DNA of 64,000 bases, taken from a virus. Below the pieces are notes generated by a model. That model was not told where the DNA came from. It saw only the letters and a program-made list of their open reading frames with translations, and ran no database searches. Position numbers and translations under genes: made by a program. Shown here in pieces: positions 39,836 through 50,213 of the stretch. The stretch is from the IMG/VR virus record IMGVR_UViG_3300021093_000007; one strand, written 5' to 3'. Within the stretch, counting starts at the first letter, position 1. Every line of letters starts with the position of its first letter.

Positions 39836-42330
39836 TGAGGTTTTATACCAACGTCCAAATGGTCGGGGATCAATTTCTCGTAAGAGGATATGAAGATGGA
39901 AAACACTTCATGACTCGTGAGAAGTTCACCCCGACCCTTTTTGTTACTGCAAATAAAAAAACAAATTATAAAACTTTATCTGGGGAATATGTAGATGCTA
40001 TTAAACCTGGATTTGTAAGAGAATGTAGGGAGTTCATAAAAAAATATGAAGGTGTAGATGGATTTAAAGTCTACGGGAATGAAAGATATATCTACCAATA
40101 CATATCAGACAAGTATCCACAATCTGAAATTAAATTTGATATTAGTAAAATTAAACTGTTTACGATTGATATTGAGGTTGCATCTGAGAACGGATTTCCA
40201 GATGTAGAAAATGCAGCAGAAGAAGTTTTACTTATCACAATTCAAGATTATACAACAAAAGAGATCATCACCTGGGGTCAAGGACCATTTAAGTTGAATA
40301 AGGGTAATCTTTATTACAAGAGATTTAATAATGAATATGATCTTTTGAACGACTTTATCAATTGGTGGATGGAAAATACTCCAGAAGTTATTACTGGATG
40401 GAATAGTAAGTTGTATGACATTCCATATATTGTCCGTCGATTAGATAGAGTCCTTGGTGAGAAGTTGATGAAGAGATTGTCTCCTTGGGGACTGGTAACA
40501 GAACAAGAGATTTTTGTCACTGGAAGAAAACAAATATCTTATGATATTGGTGGAATCTCTCAGTTAGATTATCTGGATTTGTATAAGAAGTTTACTTACA
40601 CCAACCAAGAGTCTTATCGTCTTGACCATATTGCAAGTGTGGAACTTGGGCAGAAAAAACTAGACCACTCTGAGTTTGATACTTTTAAAGACTTTTACAC
40701 TAAAGGTTGGCAAAAGTTTGTAGAATACAACATCGTTGACGTGGAACTTGTTGACCGTTTGGAAGACAAGATGAAACTGATTGAACTTGCTCTTACAATG
40801 GCATATGACGCCAAAGTGAACTATGAGGATGTGTTCTATCAAGTTAGGATGTGGGATACAATTATCTTTAATTATTTGAAGGAGAGGAATATTGTGATTC
40901 CTCCCAAAGAACGTTCAGGTAAGGACTCCAAGTATGCTGGAGCATATGTAAAAGAACCTATTCCTGGAAAGTATGATTGGGTGGTAAGTTTTGACTTGAA
41001 TTCTCTATATCCTCACCTCATTATGCAATACAACATCTCACCAGAAACTCTTCTGGAAGAGAAACATCCAAACGTAACTGTTGATAAAATTTTAAATCAA
41101 GACATTACTTTTGAATTGTATAAAGATAAAGCGGTTTGTGCTAACGGAGCAATGTTCCGTAAGGATGTGCGAGGATTTCTCCCAGAACTGATGGAGAAGA
41201 TTTATAAAGATCGAACCATCTACAAAAAGAAGATGCTTGAAGCAAAGCAAGAGTATGAAAAGAAAAAGACAAAAGAATTGGAAAAGGAGATTGCTCGATG
41301 TAACAACATTCAAATGGCAAGGAAGATTCAACTTAACTCTGCCTATGGTGCTATTGGTAATCAGTATTTTCGCTATTACAAACTAGCAAATGCTGAAGCA
41401 ATTACATTATCTGGTCAGGTATCGATCCGCTGGATTGAAAACAAAATGAATTCTTATCTTAATAAACTTTTGAAGACAGAAGAAGAAGACTATGTTATTG
41501 CTGCAGATACTGACTCCATTTATCTTAATATGGGTCCTTTGGTTGAAACTGTATACAAGGGAAGAGAGAAAACTACTGAAGGCGTTGTCACGTTCCTTGA
41601 TAAGGTCTGTAAAGTGGAACTTGAAAACTATATTGAAGGTTGCTACCAAGAACTGGCTACGTATGTAAATGCATATGACCAGAAGATGCAGATGAAACGT
41701 GAGAACATTGCAGAACGTGGAATCTGGACTGCCAAGAAGCGTTACATTTTGAATGTCTGGGATAGTGAAGGTGTCCGTTATGAAGAACCCAAACTCAAGA
41801 TGATGGGTATTGAGGCAGTCAAGTCTTCTACACCTGCCCCTTGCCGCAAAATGATTAAGGATGGACTTAAGTTGATGATGAGTGGAACAGAAGAAGATGT
41901 AATCAACTTTATTGATAAATGTAGAACTGAGTTTAAATCCCTTCCTCCAGAACAAATTGCTTTTCCACGAACTGCTTCTGATGTTCGTAAGTATCAATCT
42001 TCATCGGACATTTATATAAAAGGAACTCCAATTCATATTCGTGGAGCACTTCTCTTCAATCATTATATCAAACAGAAAAAACTAACCAATAAGTATTCTC
42101 TAATTGGTAATGGTGAAAAAATTAAGTTTGTGTATTTAAAGAAACCGAATATCATTCAGGAGAATATCATTTCCTTTATTCAAGATTTTCCAAAGGAACT
42201 TGGCCTTGACAAATACATTGATTATGAACTACAATTTGAGAAGAGCTTTGTAGAACCACTCAAATCTATTCTCGACTCGATTGGGTGGAACGTAGAAAAA
42301 ACTGTAAACCTTGAACTCTTTTTTGCATAA
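39835..42330 (+). CDS. gp43: family B DNA polymerase gp43
   Basis: DIEV exo I, SFDLNSLYP, KIQLNSAYG, DTDS, KKRY; no intein or intron. Confidence 0.99.
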   Translation: MRFYTNVQMVGDQFLVRGYEDGKHFMTREKFTPTLFVTANKKTNYKTLSGEYVDAIKPGFVRECREFIKKYEGVDGFKVYGNERYIYQYISDKYPQSEIKFDISKIKLFTIDIEVASENGFPDVENAAEEVLLITIQDYTTKEIITWGQGPFKLNKGNLYYKRFNNEYDLLNDFINWWMENTPEVITGWNSKLYDIPYIVRRLDRVLGEKLMKRLSPWGLVTEQEIFVTGRKQISYDIGGISQLDYLDLYKKFTYTNQESYRLDHIASVELGQKKLDHSEFDTFKDFYTKGWQKFVEYNIVDVELVDRLEDKMKLIELALTMAYDAKVNYEDVFYQVRMWDTIIFNYLKERNIVIPPKERSGKDSKYAGAYVKEPIPGKYDWVVSFDLNSLYPHLIMQYNISPETLLEEKHPNVTVDKILNQDITFELYKDKAVCANGAMFRKDVRGFLPELMEKIYKDRTIYKKKMLEAKQEYEKKKTKELEKEIARCNNIQMARKIQLNSAYGAIGNQYFRYYKLANAEAITLSGQVSIRWIENKMNSYLNKLLKTEEEDYVIAADTDSIYLNMGPLVETVYKGREKTTEGVVTFLDKVCKVELENYIEGCYQELATYVNAYDQKMQMKRENIAERGIWTAKKRYILNVWDSEGVRYEEPKLKMMGIEAVKSSTPAPCRKMIKDGLKLMMSGTEEDVINFIDKCRTEFKSLPPEQIAFPRTASDVRKYQSSSDIYIKGTPIHIRGALLFNHYIKQKKLTNKYSLIGNGEKIKFVYLKKPNIIQENIISFIQDFPKELGLDKYIDYELQFEKSFVEPLKSILDSIGWNVEKTVNLELFFA

Positions 42331-42494
42331 TGGATCTTCCTATTACTGATGAAGAACTGAATACAATCGTTAAATCACTCACACTTGGTGGTGATACTAA
42401 ACTTTATCAAAAATTAAAACTTGTAAGTGAACTCCGCGAGCAAGGACTTCCTTATAAAAAAATACTTCGTGAACAATATGGGATGGTTGCCTGA
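42330..42494 (+). CDS. small hypothetical protein (54 aa, not in ORF track)
   Basis: MDLPITDEELNTIVKSLTLGGDTKLYQKLKLV...; TAATG and TGATG coupling. Confidence 0.7.
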   Translation: MDLPITDEELNTIVKSLTLGGDTKLYQKLKLVSELREQGLPYKKILREQYGMVA

Positions 42495-43501
42495 TGGACT
42501 TTCTTAAAGAAATCGTAAAAGAAGTGGGTGGTGAGTATACCAAACTCGCTTCCGACATTGATGAGACTGAAACTTATGTTGACACGGGTTCGTATATCTT
42601 TAATGCACTGGTTTCAGGTAGTATATTTGGTGGTGTTTCTGGTAATAAAATTACTGCTATTGCTGGAGAGTCTTCTACTGGAAAGACTTTCTTTTCTCTC
42701 GCTGTGGTTAAGAATTTTCTTAATACTCACCCCGATGGTTATTGTCTCTACTTTGATACTGAAGCCGCTGTTAATAAGTCCTTGATTGAGTCTCGTGGTA
42801 TTGATACCTCTCGCTTTGTTGTGGTGAATGTTGTTACTATTGAGGAGTTTCGTAGTAAAGCACTTAAAGCAGTTGATATATATCTTAAGAAGTCATTAGA
42901 AGAACGCAAACCCTGTATTTTTGTACTAGACTCTCTGGGTATGCTTTCCACTGAGAAAGAAATCACTGACGCACTAAACGACAAACAAGTTCGTGACATG
43001 ACCAAATCTCAACTGGTCAAAGGTGCGTTCCGAATGCTCACACTCAAACTAGGTCAAGCAAATGTCCCGCTCATTGTCACAAATCATACATACGATGTCA
43101 TCGGAGCTTATGTACCAACGAAAGAAATGGGGGGAGGTTCTGGACTCAAATACGCAGCAAGTACGATCATTTATCTCAGCAAAAAGAAAGAAAAGGATGG
43201 AACGGAAGTGGTCGGAAATATTATCAAAGCTAAGACTGCTAAATCGCGTTTGAGTAAGGAGAACAAAGATGTTGAGATCCGTTTGTATTATGATGAGCGC
43301 GGCCTTGATCGTTACTATGGTCTTTTGGAACTTGGTGAGATTGGTGGACTCTGGAAGAATGTAGCAGGACGATATGAGATTAATGGTAAGAAAATTTACG
43401 GTAAGGAGATTCTAAAAAACCCAGATCAATATTTTACGGAAGAAGTAATGCAGCAACTTGATGCTGCCGCGAAAAAAGAATTCTCTTATGGAACGAATTG
43501 A
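42494..43501 (+). CDS. uvsX: RecA-like recombinase UvsX
   Basis: AGESSTGKT, FDTE, LDSLGML, MGGGSGLKYAAS. Confidence 0.96.
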   Translation: MDFLKEIVKEVGGEYTKLASDIDETETYVDTGSYIFNALVSGSIFGGVSGNKITAIAGESSTGKTFFSLAVVKNFLNTHPDGYCLYFDTEAAVNKSLIESRGIDTSRFVVVNVVTIEEFRSKALKAVDIYLKKSLEERKPCIFVLDSLGMLSTEKEITDALNDKQVRDMTKSQLVKGAFRMLTLKLGQANVPLIVTNHTYDVIGAYVPTKEMGGGSGLKYAASTIIYLSKKKEKDGTEVVGNIIKAKTAKSRLSKENKDVEIRLYYDERGLDRYYGLLELGEIGGLWKNVAGRYEINGKKIYGKEILKNPDQYFTEEVMQQLDAAAKKEFSYGTN

Positions 43502-44870
43502 GACAACTATTCTCAGAAATTTAGTATTTAATGAAGATTACTCTAGAAAAGTTATTCCGTTTATTCAACCAACTTATTTTGATAAAGTTACTGAGAAGAT
43601 AATTTTTGAAGAGGTTGTTCAATTTATTGTTAAGTATGGTTCTGCGATTACCTTAGAAGCACTTGGTATTGAATTAGAAAATCGCACAGATCTTACAGAG
43701 ACTGAAGTTAAAGAAATCAGAGAAATTAGTAATTCTCTCAATGATGCTCCTGTAGATCAACAGTGGTTACTTGATACAACTGAAAAGTGGTGTCGTGATC
43801 GTGCTATCTATCTTGCTCTTATGGAATCAATCCATATTGCAGATGGTAATGATGAGAAAAAAACTAGAGATGCTATTCCAAATATTCTATCGGATGCATT
43901 AGCAGTATCTTTTGATAACAACATTGGTCATGATTATCTACAAAATTATGAAGAACGATTTGAGTTTTATCACAGAAAGGAAGACAAAATCGAATTCGAT
44001 TTGGAGTACTTCAACAAAATCACAAAAGGTGGTTTACCTAATAAGACTCTCAATGTCGCTTTGGCTGGTACAGGTGTCGGAAAAAGTCTCTTTATGTGCC
44101 ATGTTGCTGCTTCCGTCTTATTGCAAGGCAGGAACGTTTTGTACATCACTCTTGAAATGGCGGAGGAACGAATTGCTGAACGAATTGATGCCAACCTTCT
44201 TAATGTCCCGATTCAAGAATTAGTTAATTTACCAAAACAAATTTTTGAAAACAAAATTAATACCCTTGTAAACAAAACAAAGGGACATCTTATAATTAAA
44301 GAATATCCAACTGCATCTGCCCATAGTGGACACTTTAAGTCATTGCTTAATGAACTTGCACTTAAGAAGTCATTTAGACCTGATATTATTTTCATTGACT
44401 ACCTTAATATTTGTGCTTCCAGCAGGTATAGGGCAAACTTGTCTGTCAATTCTTATTCTTATATCAAAGCAATTGCTGAAGAACTTAGGGGACTCGCCGT
44501 CGAGTTTAATGTCCCAATTGTCTCCGCTACTCAGACCACCCGTTCAGGTTATGGTAATAGTGATGTTGAACTTACTGATACTAGTGAGTCCTTTGGTCTC
44601 CCTGCTACTGCTGATCTTATGTTTGCCCTTATTAGCACTGAAGAGCTTGAGCAGTTGGGACAGATTATGGTAAAGCAACTTAAGAATAGATATAATGATC
44701 CTACTGTGTTTAAAAGATTTGTCTTGGGTATTGACAGAGCAAAAATGAGGTTGTATGATTGTGAACAAAGTGCTCAGAACAATATTACCGATAGTGGTCA
44801 AGAAGAAGAATATGAGTATGAAGAAAAAAAATCTTCGCTAAAAGATAAATTTGGTGCGTTTACATTTTAA
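43488..44870 (+). CDS. gp41: replicative helicase gp41
   Basis: AGTGVGKS, TLEMAEE, IFIDYL, SATQTTR, SESFGLPATAD, KQLKNRY. Confidence 0.98.
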   Translation: MERIETTILRNLVFNEDYSRKVIPFIQPTYFDKVTEKIIFEEVVQFIVKYGSAITLEALGIELENRTDLTETEVKEIREISNSLNDAPVDQQWLLDTTEKWCRDRAIYLALMESIHIADGNDEKKTRDAIPNILSDALAVSFDNNIGHDYLQNYEERFEFYHRKEDKIEFDLEYFNKITKGGLPNKTLNVALAGTGVGKSLFMCHVAASVLLQGRNVLYITLEMAEERIAERIDANLLNVPIQELVNLPKQIFENKINTLVNKTKGHLIIKEYPTASAHSGHFKSLLNELALKKSFRPDIIFIDYLNICASSRYRANLSVNSYSYIKAIAEELRGLAVEFNVPIVSATQTTRSGYGNSDVELTDTSESFGLPATADLMFALISTEELEQLGQIMVKQLKNRYNDPTVFKRFVLGIDRAKMRLYDCEQSAQNNITDSGQEEEYEYEEKKSSLKDKFGAFTF

Positions 44871-44871
44871 T

Positions 44872-45405
44872 ATGAAAGTAAAAAGAATCGATTCTAACAT
44901 AATTGGAGATTATGTTAATATAGAATATCCAGATAGGAGGCAATTTCCTGATGATGAAACCGTTAATCGGTGGAAATCATTGGGACATTTGTATGTAAAT
45001 TATACTGGACTTCTTCGGGAAGAATATAGAGGTGTTCCTGAGTGGTGTCATAACATTGTGGATGTGTTTAAAAAAAAGTATATTCAAGATGGTGATGAAT
45101 GGTTATTTATTAAAGACACTTCCTTGTCTCTTTATTGTATGCCTCCAGGAACAATAATGCCCGAGCATCAAGATAATTATCCTAAGTTTAGAGAAATTTA
45201 CAATGAACCAGATGTAAATAAAATTTGTAGGATTTTAATTTTCCTTGATGATTGGAAAAGCGGACATTATTTTGAATTGGATGGAGAACCATATGTAAAA
45301 TGGTCAAAGGGAGATTATTTGTGGTGGAGAGGAAACACACCACACATGGCGGCAAATCTAGGTAATGAAAATAGATATACTATGCAGATAACCGCAACAT
45401 TATGA
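44872..45405 (+). CDS. putative 2OG-Fe(II) oxygenase
   Basis: MPEHQD...HMAAN...RYTMQIT (HxD...H...R). Confidence 0.65.
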   Translation: MKVKRIDSNIIGDYVNIEYPDRRQFPDDETVNRWKSLGHLYVNYTGLLREEYRGVPEWCHNIVDVFKKKYIQDGDEWLFIKDTSLSLYCMPPGTIMPEHQDNYPKFREIYNEPDVNKICRILIFLDDWKSGHYFELDGEPYVKWSKGDYLWWRGNTPHMAANLGNENRYTMQITATL

Positions 45406-46130
45406 AAAGAAGAGCAGTTATAGATGATGTTGTAGAGCAGTATACAAAGTATTGCTCATCATTTTCTTTTAAATTACAAAAAGGAATAAAGGGTCAAGAA
45501 ATACATAAGGAGGGGTTTGTCAATTGTTATTGGGCAAAAGACTATAAGTTAGTTTACATGCACGTTGATAAATGTGGAAGCACTTCTGTAACAACAGCAT
45601 TTAATTTAAATTGTTCTCAATTTATTCCTCTAGATAAATTACCAAGAGCAAAAAATCCAGATTTTTTATCTCAGTATTTTGTAGAATCAAACCATACATT
45701 TTTTGCTATAACAAGAGAACCAGGAAAAAGATGGGTATCTGGATTAAATGAGTTTATGTGTAGATATAGACCACCAGTAGAATGGGTAGTTAAGGAAATT
45801 AAGAATAAAAAATATATCTATGATGAACATACTGCACCTCAAAAAGTTTTTTTAAGATTGTGTTTTGAACATGGTGGTAATTTAAAATTAATAAAACTGG
45901 ATGGAAATCTTACTGAGAATGTTAATAATTTTATAAAAGATAATATTGAAGATACGGAGCAAAGAGAAAAATATGAATCGTTTAAAATACCACATTTAAG
46001 AGACTCAAAATATTTTTATCCTAATTATACTTCAATATGCACTTACTTATACGAGAACTTTGTATTTGATTGTGAAGAATTCAAGGAACTTTATGCGGAG
46101 GATTTTAAGTTATATGAAAGTGGGATTTGA
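45402..46130 (+). CDS. sulfotransferase family 2-like protein
   Basis: HVDKCGSTS (5'-PSB-like), TREPGKRWVSG (3'-PB-like), DEHTAPQ, LYAEDFKLY. Confidence 0.7.
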   Translation: MKRRAVIDDVVEQYTKYCSSFSFKLQKGIKGQEIHKEGFVNCYWAKDYKLVYMHVDKCGSTSVTTAFNLNCSQFIPLDKLPRAKNPDFLSQYFVESNHTFFAITREPGKRWVSGLNEFMCRYRPPVEWVVKEIKNKKYIYDEHTAPQKVFLRLCFEHGGNLKLIKLDGNLTENVNNFIKDNIEDTEQREKYESFKIPHLRDSKYFYPNYTSICTYLYENFVFDCEEFKELYAEDFKLYESGI

Positions 46131-46716
46131 TACTGTATCTGAGTTTGAAAGATTAATCGCAAACTATTTTAATGCACCATATGCGGTTGCAACAGATTGC
46201 TGCACACATGCAATCGAATTGTGTTTGCGATACGAGAAATATGACGATATTCAAATACCAGAACAAACTTATATTTCGATCCCATTCACTGCAGAGAAGT
46301 TGGGAATAAAGTGGACATGGAAAAAGAATTATATTTGGAATGACTATTATTATCTTTGGAACACTAATATAATTGACGCGGCAGTTTTATGGGAAAAGGA
46401 TTCATATCTTCCAGGAACATATATGTGTTTGAGTTTTCAATTTAGAAAACATTTAAATCTTGGTAGAGGTGGAATGATATTATTGGATAATTTAGAGGCA
46501 TACAATTGCCTTAAAAAGATGGTTTATGATGGTAGAACTAATGATAAACCTTGGGGTGAACAAGACATAGATATGATAGGGTATCACTATTATATGACTC
46601 CAGAAACAGCATCTCTAGGAATTGAAAAATTTAAAGAAGTTGCTTTTAAAGAACCAAAAAGATATCAATATCTTGACTATCCGTTTTTGCCAGATATGCG
46701 AGTATTTAAAAAATGA
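46114..46716 (+). CDS. DegT/DnrJ/EryC1/StrS-type PLP aminotransferase, shortened (200 aa)
   Basis: FERLIANYF...AVATDCCTHAIEL, IIDAA, SFQFRKHL..GRGGMI, GYHYYM. Confidence 0.8.
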   Translation: MKVGFDTVSEFERLIANYFNAPYAVATDCCTHAIELCLRYEKYDDIQIPEQTYISIPFTAEKLGIKWTWKKNYIWNDYYYLWNTNIIDAAVLWEKDSYLPGTYMCLSFQFRKHLNLGRGGMILLDNLEAYNCLKKMVYDGRTNDKPWGEQDIDMIGYHYYMTPETASLGIEKFKEVAFKEPKRYQYLDYPFLPDMRVFKK

Positions 46717-47591
46717 ATTTAGATAATAAACTAAAAGGATTACCACCAATTTTTTATTTAAACCTAGACCATCGACTTGATAGAAAGGAACATATTGAAG
46801 GTCAGTTCAAAAAATGGGGAATTACAGACTTCACACGAGTTTCTGCATCTAGATTCTCTACGGCAAAAATTGATGAGTGGGCACATAAACTTGATTTGAT
46901 GCTTCTTGCACCGTCGGATGCTTCAATTGTTATGAATGAGTTCACTACTTTGATTGAGTGGTATCAATCTGGAATCTCAGAAGTTTGCATGATTGTTCAA
47001 GATGACCTTTGTTTAGACCTTGTTGAATATTGGCCGTTTGATTGGCAAACTGTGATGAAGAGACTTCCTTATAACTGGGACATTGTTCAGTTTTATCATT
47101 GTCATGACCATGTATTAAAGATGCATTTAAACCCAAGAGAATGGCATTGCTCTTCTGCTGCTTGTTTTATTGTTAATAGACTTTTTGTTGAAAAATTAAT
47201 TAAAATACATTTACAACCAGATGGAAGTTTTAAACTTAATAATAGTCTTAGAGATTTAAAAGTTCCTAGAGAGTCATATAGTAGCGATGATTTTTTAATT
47301 TATCAGGTAGGAAAATCTTATACATTACCTCTTGTTTGTTTAGACCCTAAACTTGCTGTTGCCCCCGATAATAAGATTGAAAATATTGAAGAGGATGAAG
47401 AATATGATCCAATTATTAGTGCATATCACAACAAGATATATGACATTCTTGCAACATCATGTATTAAAAAATGGTGGGAAAATAATAGTCAAAAATATAC
47501 TGCGGATGATATTCTGAGTTATGGTGGTGCTGTTCATGAGATGATGCAGGTGCAACTACCACAATATGATAGGAAGGTGCTACCAAAATGA
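46713..47591 (+). CDS. glycosyltransferase family 25-like (cluster copy 1)
   Basis: IFYLNLDHRLDR, RVSA, VQDDL, LPYNWDIVQF. Confidence 0.75.
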   Translation: MNLDNKLKGLPPIFYLNLDHRLDRKEHIEGQFKKWGITDFTRVSASRFSTAKIDEWAHKLDLMLLAPSDASIVMNEFTTLIEWYQSGISEVCMIVQDDLCLDLVEYWPFDWQTVMKRLPYNWDIVQFYHCHDHVLKMHLNPREWHCSSAACFIVNRLFVEKLIKIHLQPDGSFKLNNSLRDLKVPRESYSSDDFLIYQVGKSYTLPLVCLDPKLAVAPDNKIENIEEDEEYDPIISAYHNKIYDILATSCIKKWWENNSQKYTADDILSYGGAVHEMMQVQLPQYDRKVLPK

Positions 47592-48469
47592 TTGAAGAAT
47601 TAGAACTTAATTGTAAAACTAATTTTAGTAAAGTTAGTGATATTCCGAAGATAATTTATCTTAATGATGAGAGTGATGTTGAGAAAAGGGATTATATGGA
47701 ATCTCAATTCTCTGGATGGGAAATTGTAAATTATTCCAGATATCAAAAAAAATACAAAGCAGAAAATTATGATGATTGGAAGAATTTAATTTTAGATAAA
47801 GATCTTGTTCAGTCACCAGAAGAACTAGCATTAACTCTCAATGTCTTGCAGTCAATTATTGATTGGTATGATTCTGATGATTCTGAAGTTTGTATTTTTA
47901 TGGAAGATTATGTAAAATTTGATATTATTAATGATTGGTTTTTTGATTGGAACTTTTTAATTGAACACCTTCCATACAATTGGGATTGTATTCAACTGTT
48001 TAGTTCTGCAGAAAGAAGAATTAAAATGCATTTACATCCTTGGGAAAGGGATAGTGGGTCTTGTCATTGCTATATGATAACTAGATACTTTGCTAAAAGA
48101 ATCAAGCACTATCATTATAGAAATGGTAAGTTTATATTACATTATTCCACTCCTGATAAATCTATTCCAGATTTTGAATTTGGAAGTTTACATAACTTCT
48201 TTTATGACCTTGGAATAACTTATACTCTTCCAATATTTAATTTAAACAATAAATTTATTGAGGGTGAAACTGTCAACGAAGTTATGGATAAATTGTCCTC
48301 AGAAGCAATAGAATATTGGTGGTCAATTAGAAGTAAGTCATATTCTAATTTTGAATTTTTTCATTACAATAAAGAAGATGAATGGAAAATGGAAGTTATG
48401 TTTGATATATCAACAAAAAGACCGTATGTATTCAAAGATAGAACAGAAGGTTTATTAATATGGATTTGA
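47588..48469 (+). CDS. glycosyltransferase family 25-like (copy 2)
   Basis: IIYLND...KRDYMESQF, FMEDYV, LPYNWDCIQL. Confidence 0.72.
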   Translation: MIEELELNCKTNFSKVSDIPKIIYLNDESDVEKRDYMESQFSGWEIVNYSRYQKKYKAENYDDWKNLILDKDLVQSPEELALTLNVLQSIIDWYDSDDSEVCIFMEDYVKFDIINDWFFDWNFLIEHLPYNWDCIQLFSSAERRIKMHLHPWERDSGSCHCYMITRYFAKRIKHYHYRNGKFILHYSTPDKSIPDFEFGSLHNFFYDLGITYTLPIFNLNNKFIEGETVNEVMDKLSSEAIEYWWSIRSKSYSNFEFFHYNKEDEWKMEVMFDISTKRPYVFKDRTEGLLIWI

Positions 48470-49362
48470 GTGAAAAACTAGTTGATATGCCAAAGGTCTA
48501 TTTTTTTAACTTAGATAATAGAGAAGATAGAAAAAAATGGATGGTGAAGCAATTTGACAAATATAATATTGAGTATGAAAGAGTTTCTGGAACAAAATAT
48601 CTTGCTTCTCAAAATTCTACTTGGAAGCATTTAATTGTAGATATTGATGAATATAAGTTATTAGTTCCAATTGCTGCTAATGCAATAACCCATTTAGACT
48701 TTTTAAAAAATTGGTATAATACAACTCAAGACGAATATGTTATTTTGATGGAGGATGATTATGATCTAGGTTTAATTAGATATTGGCATTTTAATTGGAA
48801 TGAGATGATTGAAAGATTACCTTATGATTGGGATTGTATTTTAATGGGATTTGAAAATCCCGTTGAAGTTAGATTTCATTTACATCCAATTGAAGCAGCC
48901 CATGATTTTGGACCTGTTCTTTTAAATAGAAATTTTGTTGAGAAGTTACTAGACATTCATTGTGTTGGTGATGCATATAAGTTAGTCAATACGGTCTCAA
49001 ATGAAGCATGGAATAGGCAGTCCGACGTATCTGGATCTGGCACTGTAGATTATTTTATGGTTCATTCTGGCAGAACGTATTGTTTACCACTAATAAGTAT
49101 CAATCCAAACTTTGGAAGTTTTGAGAATAATAGTATTATCCAAAGATTTTATAGAAGTGAAGGTGATATAATTGCAAGAAATACTTATTATTTTTGGTGG
49201 CAACATGAGCGTGATAATTATTCATTAGATGATTTTTTTACTTTTGGATCCAAAACTCATGAAAAGATGAAATTAAAACCAGATAGATTTAGAACATATG
49301 ACATAACAAATAAGGCATATCAGTTATATGGTCAAATGTATTTGGATTATTTCCTCAAATAA
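48460..49362 (+). CDS. glycosyltransferase family 25-like (copy 3)
   Basis: YFFNLDNREDR, RVSG, THL, LMEDDYDL, LPYDWDCI. Confidence 0.78.
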   Translation: MDLSEKLVDMPKVYFFNLDNREDRKKWMVKQFDKYNIEYERVSGTKYLASQNSTWKHLIVDIDEYKLLVPIAANAITHLDFLKNWYNTTQDEYVILMEDDYDLGLIRYWHFNWNEMIERLPYDWDCILMGFENPVEVRFHLHPIEAAHDFGPVLLNRNFVEKLLDIHCVGDAYKLVNTVSNEAWNRQSDVSGSGTVDYFMVHSGRTYCLPLISINPNFGSFENNSIIQRFYRSEGDIIARNTYYFWWQHERDNYSLDDFFTFGSKTHEKMKLKPDRFRTYDITNKAYQLYGQMYLDYFLK

Positions 49363-49368
49363 CAGAGA

Positions 49369-49374
49369 TAAATA
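49369..49374 (+). promoter_or_regulatory. late promoter core inside the glycosyltransferase cluster
   Basis: GATAAATA in the only sizeable intergenic gap of the cluster (49363-49410). Confidence 0.55.
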
Positions 49375-49410
49375 TTTTTAATAGAATAATGAAGTGTTGT
49401 TCAAATTATT

Positions 49411-50211
49411 ATGGATTTAAAGAATAAGTTAAAAGGTATACCAAAAATATATTACTTTAATTACTTAGAGAATCGTCATTTAGACGAACATATGGATCGC
49501 AATCTAAGTAATTTGAGAGTTGAGAATTATGAAAGAGTTCCTATTCAGTATGATAGGGTTAATGTAACTGATTGGAAACATCTTTTATTAAATCCTAAAG
49601 AATATAAACTACCCATATCTACGGCAGCATATGCAATAACTGTATTGGAGTTTTTAAAAAACTGGTATAATAATACTGAAGAAGATACTCTGATAATATC
49701 CAAAGATACAATAGATTTTGGATTAGAACTTTACTGGAAGTTTGATTGGGAATATTTAATGAGTAGACTTCCCTATGATTGGGATTCTTTGCTGCTTGGA
49801 TTTGAGAATATTAATTATATCCCATTTTACCTGCATCCAATTATGCCAGCACATACCTTTGGTATATCAATGTTAAACCGTAGGTATGTTAAAAAATTAA
49901 TAAGACTTCATTGTATAGAAGAAAAGTATAGTCTTACAAATTATATTGCAAATAAAAATTATGGATCTCATTCTGGAACAGTTGATTACTTTTTAGGTCA
50001 TTGTGGAAAGACATACTGTTTACCAATGCTTCCAAATCATACTGACTTTTTTGATAAAACAACAAAGAGATATACAATTATAAAAGCGTGTAGATTGGCG
50101 TATTATGATTGGTGGAGAAACGATAGCAAGAGACATAATTTTGAAGAAATATTTACTTATGGAAAACAGAACGATATAGGAATGCTCAAAAAAACATATA
50201 AGTATTTTTGA
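49411..50211 (+). CDS. glycosyltransferase family 25-like (copy 4, acidic motif degenerate)
   Basis: IYYFNY, ISKDTIDF in place of MEDDYDL, LPYDWDSL. Confidence 0.7.
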   Translation: MDLKNKLKGIPKIYYFNYLENRHLDEHMDRNLSNLRVENYERVPIQYDRVNVTDWKHLLLNPKEYKLPISTAAYAITVLEFLKNWYNNTEEDTLIISKDTIDFGLELYWKFDWEYLMSRLPYDWDSLLLGFENINYIPFYLHPIMPAHTFGISMLNRRYVKKLIRLHCIEEKYSLTNYIANKNYGSHSGTVDYFLGHCGKTYCLPMLPNHTDFFDKTTKRYTIIKACRLAYYDWWRNDSKRHNFEEIFTYGKQNDIGMLKKTYKYF

Positions 50212-50213
50212 TT

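Noticed and set aside
39835-44870. Inteins or introns in gp43, uvsX, gp41 (also gp17, gp20, gp23)
   Set aside because: All are uninterrupted and of normal length, with no splicing or homing-endonuclease motifs seen
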